Sequence record: PP456877.1
Reading direction: 5' to 3' (one strand)
DNA: 64,000 bases
Below, piece after piece: positions 1 through 8,122 of this stretch. The stretch's first letter is position 1. The number at the start of each line of letters is the position of its first letter. The notes below the pieces were generated by a model, which was not told where the DNA came from, made no database searches, and saw only the letters and a program-made list of their open reading frames with translations. A program made the translations under genes and the position numbers.

Positions 1-28
1 ATTAGGTAATATTCATGAGTAATATTTA

Positions 29-277
29 ATTACCAGTATCATTGAGTAATACTGGTAATAATATACTAGATTATTAACAATATGTATTGATCATTCTGAT
101 TAAGTCAAATTAGCTAATAAACAAATCAATTATCAACGAGTGATAACTGGTATTGATTACTAGCTAAAGAGATTAATTAGGATATCTACATGAGGAGTCG
201 CTACCCCATGTATTCTGGAGTTTCTCTTTAGCGGGAGACTTAACTCCACTTGGGAGCCGCTTTAGCGGGCGGCTCTC
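29..277. other. Structured AT-rich non-coding region with a series of stem-loops
   Basis: No ORF. Hairpins at 29-59 (perfect 11-bp stem), 96-180, 187-212, 217-247 and 254-275. The last two share the loop TTTAGCGG. Confidence 0.6.
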
Positions 278-307
278 ACTTAAACAAAAAAAAGAATTCA
301 GATAAGT

Positions 308-327
308 CCCTCTCCTTTAGGAGAGGG
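308..327 (-). terminator. Intrinsic terminator
   Basis: CCCTCTCC-ttta-GGAGAGGG just past the stop of 336..641, with a T-rich run further downstream on the minus strand. Confidence 0.75.
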
Positions 328-335
328 GTTGTTTA

Positions 336-641
336 TCATAGGCTTCTCCTTTCGGTTACATAGAACTTCTTCTGATCCATGTCAGTGTATGTTACTATGA
401 AATTGTCGAAGGGGTTGATGGATACGGCTAAACCTGCGTTGTTGACGTATCCTATTGTAGGGCCAGCCCAATAACCAATGAAGTTACCTCTACGATCTCG
501 ACATTGGATAACATTATCGGCTTGCGTTTTCGCAACCGACATGCTATGGGTTGATCCATCGGGTCTCTTGAAAAAGAAACCTACTTCCTGCATTCTGTGC
601 AGGTCAGGGCTAACATTGTTAGCGGTAACTGGAATTAACAT
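336..641 (-). CDS. Hypothetical protein, 101 aa
   Basis: ORF with a GAGGA RBS, followed by a terminator. Confidence 0.8.
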   Translation of the reverse strand: MLIPVTANNVSPDLHRMQEVGFFFKRPDGSTHSMSVAKTQADNVIQCRDRRGNFIGYWAGPTIGYVNNAGLAVSINPFDNFIVTYTDMDQKKFYVTERRSL

Positions 642-771
642 GATTGTTCCTCTTGTTAATCCAAGCCCACTTGGGCGAAAATGTTGAGTATTTTTTACTC
701 AACGGCATATAGCCCTACTGTTACAGCAGTAGGGCTAATTCTTTTATTCTTAAAAGTTTAACTGAATAAAT

Positions 772-793
772 GCCCTCTCCCGAAGGAGAGGGC
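772..793 (-). terminator. Intrinsic terminator
   Basis: GCCCTCTCC-cgaa-GGAGAGGGC after the stop of 807..1082. Confidence 0.75.
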
Positions 794-806
794 TTATGTC
801 GTTAAT

Positions 807-1082
807 TTATTTAACCAGCGATGTTTCCCTAACACGAGAGATGCATAAATAATTACTGTAATCGCTGGGGTCGTACTCATCATACCCTAGACAACTTGTA
901 TGAATATATTCAGTACTGATATTAATCATATCAAGAGTAATACCATCACCCCATTTCTTAGTTGCCATCTCGATAATATCGGCGATAGTATTGGCTACAT
1001 AACAATCACCCAAGATATAAAAGGTATCTTCGGTATCATCCGGACGAAAATGACGAATACCATTCTGTGTATATTCACCCAT
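807..1082 (-). CDS. Hypothetical phage protein, 91 aa
   Basis: ORF with RBS (GAGGA), acidic C-terminal half, in the minus-strand operon. Confidence 0.8.
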   Translation of the reverse strand: MGEYTQNGIRHFRPDDTEDTFYILGDCYVANTIADIIEMATKKWGDGITLDMINISTEYIHTSCLGYDEYDPSDYSNYLCISRVRETSLVK

Positions 1083-1083
1083 G

Positions 1084-1227
1084 TTAATTATCCTCTTTTC
1101 CTTCTTGAGTATGATGAGTGGGCTCTACCCAGTAAAAATCAATAAACAGATCAACTGGTTTACAGCCAACCATCTCGCTGTCATCGGCCCATTTACTTTC
1201 ATCTACGATAATTTCTTCATTAGTCAT
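1084..1227 (-). CDS. Small acidic protein, 47 aa (not in ORF track)
   Basis: AAGGAG RBS then MTNEEIIVDESKWADDSEMVGCKPVDLFIDFYWVEPTHHTQEGKEDN*. Fills the gap and abuts the next start. Confidence 0.75.
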   Translation of the reverse strand: MTNEEIIVDESKWADDSEMVGCKPVDLFIDFYWVEPTHHTQEGKEDN

Positions 1228-1266
1228 TTGTATTTCTCCTTATTTACTATAGTAAATATTGTTTAG

Positions 1267-1479
1267 TTACATAGTCCAATTAGTGGCTTCATCAACCATA
1301 TCAGCTGCTTTTTTATCAGAAGCATTCCAGAGTTTATCAGCCCATTCTTTATCCATTTCATTTTGGATATTTTCAAGACGCATGTAATTATGCCATGCCT
1401 GACCCAGTCGAAGATTCTTATTATTTTTGTAATAAATTCCAAACTCACCACGAACTGATGCAGGAATTGAAATAGTCAC
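1267..1479 (-). CDS. Hypothetical protein, 70 aa
   Basis: GTG start overlaps the upstream stop (GTGA), with an AAGGAG RBS. Confidence 0.8.
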   Translation of the reverse strand: MTISIPASVRGEFGIYYKNNKNLRLGQAWHNYMRLENIQNEMDKEWADKLWNASDKKAADMVDEATNWTM

Positions 1480-1637
1480 TTTATAATCTCCTTAGTTACT
1501 ATCTGACGTGCTTCTTTATAAGAAATATTCGGATTATCATTGATGTATTTAAGAACTTTCTGATGTATAATATTCTCTCGCTCAGTTAGTTCTTTTACTA
1601 CTCTTTTAAAATAACCTGGTGATCGTTTCATAGTCAT
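1476..1637 (-). CDS. Small basic protein, 53 aa (not in ORF track)
   Basis: MTMKRSPGYFKRVVKELTERENIIHQKVLKYINDNPNISYKEARQIVTKEIIK*, with 4-nt start/stop overlaps at both ends. Confidence 0.75.
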   Translation of the reverse strand: MTMKRSPGYFKRVVKELTERENIIHQKVLKYINDNPNISYKEARQIVTKEIIK

Positions 1638-1921
1638 GGTTCTTCGATTAACAAGTTATTTGCCTCGAAAAAGAATGGGGCTGACCAGCTATAATCTGGT
1701 TCATTTACCAGTTTTACACTGTTCTTGGTTTTGATAATCTTGCGATCATACCGCCAGTTTTGTGGTCCATGTTTAGGAATAGTGTAGTATTCACCATCGG
1801 GTAGATTAGTGGCTTTTTCCCATCCGAGTTCTTTAATGCTAAACTTTTTATCAGTTGTCATTTTCTTTATTTCCTTGCTGTCATGAAACCACCCGGTGGC
1901 CGTATCAAGCTGCGTCCCCAT
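1634..1921 (-). CDS. Hypothetical protein, paralogue of 2217..2480 (alternative start 1861)
   Basis: Motif NLPDGEYYTIPKHGPQNWRYDRK. Confidence 0.8.
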   Translation of the reverse strand: MGTQLDTATGWFHDSKEIKKMTTDKKFSIKELGWEKATNLPDGEYYTIPKHGPQNWRYDRKIIKTKNSVKLVNEPDYSWSAPFFFEANNLLIEEP

Positions 1922-1924
1922 GGT

Positions 1925-2209
1925 TTATACTGCACGTGGGATCACTGATATCTCAAGAGTCAGATCAGCAGCGTCCAGTAGGTTTACCAGGGCGTCCAGA
2001 GAGAACTTGTCAATCTTGCCTTTGAGAAGATCATTCAATCTCGGTTGCGTAACATGTAGGCGAGCAGCAGCGTCTTTTTGCGGAAGATCCCAGCCCTTTA
2101 TAGTACGGGTGAGAGCCCGCATGAGTTGGGAACGGATACGTAGGTTTTCAGTTTCTTTTGTCGAGTCAACTAGTGTATCCCAGACACCGGGAGTGCATTC
2201 GTTTGCCAT
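1925..2209 (-). CDS. XRE-family HTH protein, HigA/antitoxin-like
   Basis: QKDAAARLHVTQPRLNDLLKGKIDKFSLDALV matches the bacterial XRE antitoxin pattern. About 50% GC by hand count. Confidence 0.85.
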   Translation of the reverse strand: MANECTPGVWDTLVDSTKETENLRIRSQLMRALTRTIKGWDLPQKDAAARLHVTQPRLNDLLKGKIDKFSLDALVNLLDAADLTLEISVIPRAV

Positions 2210-2216
2210 TTATTTA

Positions 2217-2480
2217 TTACCTCTTGAGGTAAATGCTCGGATAATAAACTACATTATATTTAAAGAAATCACTTACCTTGAATTTTATGTTCGGTGCAGT
2301 GATTAGATAACAATAATCACCATCAACCATAACGCGTCGATCATGGCTATATACCCTAGGACCATGTAACGGAGAAGTTACATAAATCCCATTGGGAAGA
2401 TTCCGTAAATCGTCTTTATTCAGAAACTTACCATTAGGATTTATAGTTAATGGATAACAACCAGGATTAAGTTTATGCAT
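2217..2480 (-). CDS. Hypothetical protein, paralogue of 1634..1921
   Basis: Motif NLPNGIYVTSPLHGPRVYSHDRR, with a GAGG RBS. Confidence 0.8.
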   Translation of the reverse strand: MHKLNPGCYPLTINPNGKFLNKDDLRNLPNGIYVTSPLHGPRVYSHDRRVMVDGDYCYLITAPNIKFKVSDFFKYNVVYYPSIYLKR

Positions 2481-2524
2481 ATTTCACCTCTTTTATAAAC
2501 CACCCTATATAGGGTGGTTTTTTT

Positions 2525-2800
2525 CTATTGACCAATATACGTGCTGGTGTATAATTCAATGGTTGGTTTATGAATGGTCAGATTATATTTCTTAGCTAAA
2601 TCATCAATATCCCTGGAACAATCAATGAATTTTCCAGTCTCTCGGTAGCGCATCACCCATGAACCCCGAAATGGTGCATCATCTAATGGATTAATACCAT
2701 ATTCACGACATACCACAATTGCTTCATGTCGTGGAGTAGCACCAGTAGTGACAAAGTGATTTTCATAAACTGGGATCATTGATACATCTTTATTGCTCAT
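2525..2800 (-). CDS. Hypothetical protein, 91 aa, paralogue of 3794..4045
   Basis: Start reassigned to MSNKD (GAGAGG RBS). Motif REYGINP..RGSWVMR..TGKFID. Confidence 0.8.
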   Translation of the reverse strand: MSNKDVSMIPVYENHFVTTGATPRHEAIVVCREYGINPLDDAPFRGSWVMRYRETGKFIDCSRDIDDLAKKYNLTIHKPTIELYTSTYIGQ

Positions 2801-2841
2801 AATAACCTCTCTAAAATTACCTGAAGGGATATGCATGATAT

Positions 2842-3339
2842 TTATTTTTGTTTTTGACTGATCATGGAGGCATTGGTGAAGTAATATAACGCATGTTTCC
2901 AATCTTGAGGGTCATATGTGCACTTATGAGCAACCACATAATCACCATCAATTTTTTTGAACAAGTTTACCATGATCACCTCACCCATATCAGTCCCGTT
3001 ATGCACAGTTTGATAATTCAGTCTCACCAACATGTCATCTACATTGGTTTTCAACTGGAGACCATCTTTGAAGAAATCACGAACACCATCCATGATTTGT
3101 TCATTGCGAGACAGGATGTTTTCAGAGATCTGTTCGAACATACCCCTTGCACCGATCAAACGTAATTGATCGTAATTGGGTTCACCCATGCAGATGGCCT
3201 CATCATCACGATTACACATCTTCTCCAGCAGAACGATAGGGTTATAATCCCAAGCAACCCCACCAGTTACAACAGAGGTCAAATAGCCATAGAGACTGAG
3301 TTCACTGTCACGCTCATTTGCAGGAATCATGCGGTTCAT
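2842..3339 (-). CDS. Hypothetical protein, 165 aa
   Basis: Start reassigned to MNRMIP (GAGGA RBS). Confidence 0.8.
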   Translation of the reverse strand: MNRMIPANERDSELSLYGYLTSVVTGGVAWDYNPIVLLEKMCNRDDEAICMGEPNYDQLRLIGARGMFEQISENILSRNEQIMDGVRDFFKDGLQLKTNVDDMLVRLNYQTVHNGTDMGEVIMVNLFKKIDGDYVVAHKCTYDPQDWKHALYYFTNASMISQKQK

Positions 3340-3374
3340 AATTAACGATCCTCGTATTGGTGTTGCAGTATAGC

Positions 3375-3758
3375 TCAGCAAGTCTCTTGAGCTTTCTCAA
3401 AACTAGCCATCGAGCGGGTGCGCGCACGCTGTAGAATAGACAAGCCGTATTTTTTGAACTTCTTCTTGTGGATGAAACCAAGGCGTTCGTAGATGAAGTC
3501 TTTACGGTCGGCGCGAGGTTTACCATCAGCTACGATACCACGGTCGAAAAGAGCCCAGAACAGAGCGCTTTCATCATGCAGGTAGTTGGCCATTTCCTGA
3601 GGCCACTGAACTGCGCATAGAGCAACGATTTGTTCAAGTAAACCACTATCTGAGATAGCATAGTACTCACGACCCTGAACATAGTTCATTTTGTCGAAGT
3701 TGCACATAGCCAGTCTGCCAGTACCCTGGTTGATTTTCTTTTGAATGTGTTCGTTCAT
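3375..3758 (-). CDS. Hypothetical protein, 127 aa
   Basis: ORF in operon context, basic C-terminus. Confidence 0.8.
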   Translation of the reverse strand: MNEHIQKKINQGTGRLAMCNFDKMNYVQGREYYAISDSGLLEQIVALCAVQWPQEMANYLHDESALFWALFDRGIVADGKPRADRKDFIYERLGFIHKKKFKKYGLSILQRARTRSMASFEKAQETC

Positions 3759-3793
3759 GGTTTGACCTATTTTCAGATTTGGATTAATTATAG

Positions 3794-4045
3794 CTAGACG
3801 AAGGTATTGCGTTCGAATTGGATGGAATTACGTTCAACAATATCGTTGAGGTATTTATCATTGTCGATAAATTCCCCAGTGAGCATGTTACGCAGAACCC
3901 AGTTCCCCCGAAGTGGTATACCGCTGTTAGGGTTGATCCCGTATTCACGCATCAAAATCCGACGATTGTGGTCAACACCTGGCTCCATGTAAGATTCACT
4001 GATAAAACATTCCACCATGTTGATAACTTCTTTAGATTCGCTCAT
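3794..4045 (-). CDS. Hypothetical protein, 83 aa, paralogue of 2525..2800
   Basis: AAGGA RBS. Motif REYGINP..RGNWVLR..TGEFID. Confidence 0.8.
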   Translation of the reverse strand: MSESKEVINMVECFISESYMEPGVDHNRRILMREYGINPNSGIPLRGNWVLRNMLTGEFIDNDKYLNDIVERNSIQFERNTFV

Positions 4046-4116
4046 TGACTTATTCCTTCTTTTGCAGGTATTATGTAATACGATAATGGATTATGGCTTT
4101 AACCATCAGATCCTTT

Positions 4117-4539
4117 TCACGCAGTTGGTTTGAATGGATTTGCACTACGACTACGTTTTTGATATGAAATTAGTGCACCCCATACATTATCGGCTGATAC
4201 ATATTCAGGCATAGCTTTTTCATCATTGTAACTGACACGGTATGCCTTAGCCACACCTGTGCTATCTACAATGTGAACTTTTTCAATGACAAATGCTTTT
4301 CCAGAAGGCCCAGGGATATGTAATCCTCTTTTAAAAAGTTCTTCAAGAATGCGTTCTAATGCAATTTTAGCATTAGGGTAATCATTATCAAGTGACTTAA
4401 TACCACCTTTAATTTTATTATCTAGGTCACTGAGTGCCTTTTTAAAAACACTAACATCATGATCAAAACATTCGAGAGTGTGATCGAAGTTTTGCATGAG
4501 CGCTATTAGTAGACCATTAGGAAATACTACTTTTGACAT
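4117..4539 (-). CDS. Hypothetical protein, 140 aa
   Basis: ORF with an AGGTG RBS. Confidence 0.8.
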   Translation of the reverse strand: MSKVVFPNGLLIALMQNFDHTLECFDHDVSVFKKALSDLDNKIKGGIKSLDNDYPNAKIALERILEELFKRGLHIPGPSGKAFVIEKVHIVDSTGVAKAYRVSYNDEKAMPEYVSADNVWGALISYQKRSRSANPFKPTA

Positions 4540-4549
4540 ATATCACCTA

Positions 4550-4906
4550 TTAGTAAACAGTTGGGAACGTTTGTAGGAACCAATCATTAATACGTGTATT
4601 AACACTAGCCCCGTGTTCAGGCGCTACTTTAAAACCAGCGACGATGTCCTGTAACTCTTCAGTGAGTTTGTTGTGTACTTTACCTTCACAATCGATAAAG
4701 TCTTCTGCGGTTGGCATAACCTCAGCGCGAATAACAGAGGCACGCTTAGAAAGCATTGTAAGAATTTCATTAGACACTGAAGCAGCATTACGCAACTTAT
4801 TGATTTTTACATCAATAACAGTTTTATGATAGATTTTACCAACTGCACACATTGTAACTGAACCAACAAAAATACCAAGACAGAGTGATACTTTATCAAT
4901 ATTCAT
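4550..4906 (-). CDS. Membrane-anchored hypothetical protein
   Basis: N-terminal hydrophobic segment VSLCLGIFVGSVTMCAVG. Confidence 0.8.
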   Translation of the reverse strand: MNIDKVSLCLGIFVGSVTMCAVGKIYHKTVIDVKINKLRNAASVSNEILTMLSKRASVIRAEVMPTAEDFIDCEGKVHNKLTEELQDIVAGFKVAPEHGASVNTRINDWFLQTFPTVY

Positions 4907-4967
4907 TTTGTATACCTATTTACGTTTATTGAAGTGATTAAAAAATAATACGATGTAGAAAATAAAA

Positions 4968-4985
4968 GGGAGTCCGAAGACTCCC
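4968..4985 (-). terminator. Intrinsic terminator
   Basis: GGGAGTC-cgaa-GACTCCC followed by TTTTATTTT on the minus strand. Confidence 0.8.
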
Positions 4986-4993
4986 ATTATCAG

Positions 4994-5434
4994 TTACACA
5001 TCTGACACATCATCGAACAGATCAAGTTGTTTCCGATTACGTCGTTCTTCTTCTTCGATACGACGATTCTCTTCTTCAATCTCTTTCTGCCGTTTGACAA
5101 GCCTCCTGTGCAGACTCATTTGCCATGCAGTATCATAACGGCATCGCACTGATTCAATATATTTAAGCCCTACTTCATTAATGCTCTCAAGAAGATCCAG
5201 TGACACAAGTGTCTCCTTGGATGCATTAATGCTAGCCTTAAGATAATGGGCCATTGCTGTTGCTGGATGGAACGGTAGTTTATCGACATCCATGGTCTTT
5301 TGATAAGCTTTCAGTTTATGGATAATAATTCGTCCATAATAGAATTCATAGAGTTTTTCTCTAGAATCCCAAGCAAGCTTACCGAGTACGGCTCCACTTA
5401 CCATCCCTAATGTAAGAGATAGCTTAGAGTTCAT
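4994..5434 (-). CDS. Membrane-anchored coiled-coil protein, 146 aa
   Basis: Start reassigned to MNSKLSLTLGMVSGAVLG. Charged E/R-rich C-terminal helix. Confidence 0.75.
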   Translation of the reverse strand: MNSKLSLTLGMVSGAVLGKLAWDSREKLYEFYYGRIIIHKLKAYQKTMDVDKLPFHPATAMAHYLKASINASKETLVSLDLLESINEVGLKYIESVRCRYDTAWQMSLHRRLVKRQKEIEEENRRIEEEERRNRKQLDLFDDVSDV

Positions 5435-5741
5435 TGTTAATTGCATCCTTAATCCAGTTACGGATTTTTGATTTAATTCGATGTTTATCACTGATGGTGT
5501 TAAACATATCCAATCCATCATTAATAACGTATATAAGCTCTACTTCAATAAAGTCCGTCATTACTTCCACGGTGGTATTATCTGAATTAGATTTGATATA
5601 ATCGGAATAGTCCTTTACTTTTTCACGGATATTCTTTTCTAATTTAATCTCATTATAAACAGTCACACTGACTTCGAACACATAGATGGTACCAGCCAGC
5701 ATGAGACCAGTTTTTACAACATTACCGATAATGGAAAGCAT
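5424..5741 (-). CDS. Membrane-anchored hypothetical protein
   Basis: N-terminal hydrophobic segment GLMLAGTIYVFEVSVTVY. Confidence 0.8.
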   Translation of the reverse strand: MLSIIGNVVKTGLMLAGTIYVFEVSVTVYNEIKLEKNIREKVKDYSDYIKSNSDNTTVEVMTDFIEVELIYVINDGLDMFNTISDKHRIKSKIRNWIKDAINNEL

Positions 5742-5786
5742 GATAATATCCTATTAGTTAATGAATGTAGATTTATTTTGATTATA

Positions 5787-5948
5787 TTAAAACTTGATAT
5801 TTAGAACACGTTTAGCTATTATAATACCAACATATACTCCTAGTGCTATCTCCGCATATTTGGTGATGACGTTTTTAATCTTCTTATGTTTAGGTGCCTC
5901 GGGCACATCCGCGATAAGTTTTTGAAGTTTAACTTTATCAATATTCAT
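5787..5948 (-). CDS. Small protein with C-terminal TM helix, 53 aa
   Basis: Start reassigned to MNIDKVK (AAGGA RBS). Ends IALGVYVGIIIAKR. Confidence 0.75.
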   Translation of the reverse strand: MNIDKVKLQKLIADVPEAPKHKKIKNVITKYAEIALGVYVGIIIAKRVLNIKF

Positions 5949-6056
5949 TTGTATTTTCCTTTTTACGATTAATTGAAGGTTTAACAAACTCATTCAAATA
6001 TAATTTTATTATCGTAATTATATTTGAATGGGGCCTCAGTGAGGCCCTATCCATTT

Positions 6057-6395
6057 TTACATCTTACGAACTGTATCGAATACTTGATTCGTATAGTCAT
6101 CGCCATAAATGATCGACAGCTTATTACGAATTACATCCAGTCGATGTTTTTCAATATTGCTCTCAGCAACAGCACTATCCATTGTCTCAGTCATTGCAGC
6201 ATTGACGAACATCATGAACTCATCTGATTCACCATACTCTTTTGAAATACTTTTAAACTGATCCCTGAAACCCATGAGTTTGTCAAAGTTGGCTTTAGTC
6301 TCTTTAGCCTTCTTGTAGATAACATACCCAGTTCCAGCCAGTGATGCAGTGGCCAGAAGAAAAGATACACCTTTTGCAATCGTATTGAATTTCAT
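6057..6395 (-). CDS. Membrane-anchored hypothetical protein
   Basis: GVSFLLATASLAGTGYVIY followed by a basic patch. Confidence 0.8.
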   Translation of the reverse strand: MKFNTIAKGVSFLLATASLAGTGYVIYKKAKETKANFDKLMGFRDQFKSISKEYGESDEFMMFVNAAMTETMDSAVAESNIEKHRLDVIRNKLSIIYGDDYTNQVFDTVRKM

Positions 6396-6429
6396 AATAA
6401 ATATTCCTATTTACTAATATTAAAACTAT

Positions 6430-6876
6430 TTAATAGTTTCTGAAATGTTCACAAGTCGTTACTTCTTTCAGTCGTTTGATGATGTAATCTCGACTTTTAT
6501 TGAATTGAAGTTTCTTTGCGTCATCCAGTTCATCCCATTGTGTAATTCTGGCCAGTTCAGGAACATTGTCATATTTTGCTTTGTTAAGTTTTTTAATCAT
6601 GTCCCATACATAGCAACCTTCGATAAACCACAAAAGACTCGTGTATGTATCCTTGTCAATTAAATTTACTCCATAAAGACTAAGGTCAACCTTGGCTTCT
6701 TCTGCCATTTTAATGGTTTTCTTATAATTATCAAATACATTGTGGAGGTTATGCTCTTCGCCACTGCTATCACAGTTTTCAATAGCTTTCATCAACTCCG
6801 GAAATGTATCACTATAGAACTTGATCAATTTACGAGTAATCGCCTCTTGCACTTTCTGCTTTTTAGTCTTTGCCAT
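6430..6876 (-). CDS. Early hypothetical protein (gp105 position by synteny)
   Basis: First gene after the early promoter at 6935. Confidence 0.8.
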   Translation of the reverse strand: MAKTKKQKVQEAITRKLIKFYSDTFPELMKAIENCDSSGEEHNLHNVFDNYKKTIKMAEEAKVDLSLYGVNLIDKDTYTSLLWFIEGCYVWDMIKKLNKAKYDNVPELARITQWDELDDAKKLQFNKSRDYIIKRLKEVTTCEHFRNY

Positions 6877-6934
6877 TTTATTTCCACCTATTTACATTAA
6901 GTTGTATGATAATGTTTACAGTATTGTCACAAAT

Positions 6935-6964
6935 GTAATATACTGTTTAAAATGGTTTGAATAT
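6935..6964 (-). promoter_or_regulatory. phiKZ-type early (vRNAP) promoter
   Basis: TATATTAC on the minus strand (6935-6942), AT-rich upstream. It shares AAACAGTATATTAC with the copy at 8123. Confidence 0.8.
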
Positions 6965-6974
6965 ACGACATAAA

Positions 6975-6994
6975 GCCTTCCCCTGAGGGAAGGC
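6975..6994 (-). terminator. Intrinsic terminator
   Basis: GCCTTCCC-loop-GGGAAGGC followed by TTTATGTCG after the macrodomain gene. Confidence 0.8.
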
Positions 6995-6999
6995 CAATG

Positions 7000-7488
7000 T
7001 TAAACCGATGAATCTATCCACGGTGGATAAACAACCACAATCTGGTTAGGCATGTGATTAGACCAATCTTCAATGATAGTTCTAACATCAGAGAAATCTA
7101 ATCCACCATTAGCACACCCTAGAGGTGGTATGATAATTTTCCAATCTGGATGAATACAGTCTTCTTCATTTTCCGCAGAATCCGATACGTTCTCCATCAT
7201 CCACTCTAGACCACGTTCAATGAAACTAATTTGAGATGGGTTCCGCCAGTTATCCTTAGTAGGAAACATCATGAAACGTTTACCATCGGATGCTTTGTAA
7301 ATAACCGGATTACCAATAGTAATAATTCTCTTTTTGCAATCGTGTTTGTATCTTTCAAAAAGTTCAGGATACTTTTCTTTAAACGATTTGGCTAAACCAG
7401 CGCCCATGACGCCAACAACATTAACAGTGATTAGATAAAGATCACCAGGTACATTGAATATATCTTTACCTATAATAAATTCAGCCAT
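7000..7488 (-). CDS. Macrodomain ADP-ribosylhydrolase, DarG/TARG1-like (phiKZ gp104 position)
   Basis: NVVGVMGAGLAKSFKEKYP, FPTKDNWR and IPPLGCANGGLDF are the DarG-type macrodomain motifs. Confidence 0.9.
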   Translation of the reverse strand: MAEFIIGKDIFNVPGDLYLITVNVVGVMGAGLAKSFKEKYPELFERYKHDCKKRIITIGNPVIYKASDGKRFMMFPTKDNWRNPSQISFIERGLEWMMENVSDSAENEEDCIHPDWKIIIPPLGCANGGLDFSDVRTIIEDWSNHMPNQIVVVYPPWIDSSV

Positions 7489-7568
7489 GATAATGGCTCC
7501 TTCTACAAGAGTACTAATGAGAAGATCAAAACATAGACCTTCTCATTAGATTGGGTGCATTTCCAGGC

Positions 7569-7961
7569 TTATTGGATTTCTGGATTAGCGTTGTAGAAGC
7601 CAATATAAGCCTTATTAAATTTCAAGTAATAATTATACTCTGAAGGCTCACCAGTTATTTCCCTAAATACCTTAGCAGTTATAACTTCGAACTTAGAACG
7701 CCGTAGCATTGGGAATAATTTCTTACTGCGCGATAGCTCACACAATCTAATCGAGATAGCTTGATCTTTAAATAAACCTGATTTAGTAAAGAAAGCACCT
7801 TCATGAAGCCATTGAATTACTTCATTGAAGTCTGCGCGCCATTTCTTATGCTCATTTAAAGTTTTACCATTTATAAGATACCATAAAGCTCTAACTTTAG
7901 ATCCAATAGTAAAAATACCTATTACCATTACTGCTAGACATATAGCAATTATAAATGACAT
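7569..7961 (-). CDS. Membrane protein, 130 aa
   Basis: Start reassigned to MSFIIAICLAVMVIGIF (GGAGG RBS). N-terminal TM helix. Confidence 0.8.
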   Translation of the reverse strand: MSFIIAICLAVMVIGIFTIGSKVRALWYLINGKTLNEHKKWRADFNEVIQWLHEGAFFTKSGLFKDQAISIRLCELSRSKKLFPMLRRSKFEVITAKVFREITGEPSEYNYYLKFNKAYIGFYNANPEIQ

Positions 7962-7969
7962 ATGTCCTC

Positions 7970-8095
7970 CTAAATACCATTGAAGATTAAAGTTCCTATT
8001 AGTGAGAGAATGAATAACACGACCACATGATGAAGTTTTATCCATGTTTCAGGTACTACCGGTTGTTTAGGTTTATTTAAAGGGATGTTTTCCAT
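7970..8095 (-). CDS. Small TM protein, 41 aa (not in ORF track)
   Basis: GGAG RBS then MENIPLNKPKQPVVPETWIKLHHVVVLFILSLIGTLIFNGI*. First gene after the early promoter. Confidence 0.75.
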   Translation of the reverse strand: MENIPLNKPKQPVVPETWIKLHHVVVLFILSLIGTLIFNGI

Positions 8096-8122
8096 GTATA
8101 TACTCCACATTAGTTCATATGT

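Noticed and set aside
1896-2306. 136-aa plus-strand ORF
   Set aside because: Antisense to the HTH gene; its openness reflects the higher GC there.
2880-2888. TATATTAC match inside 2842..3339
   Set aside because: Lies in coding sequence and lacks the AT-rich upstream context of the intergenic promoters; not excluded, but unsupported.
3314-3526. 70-aa minus-strand ORF
   Set aside because: Out-of-frame overlap of 3375..3758; the next gene has its own RBS at 3339.
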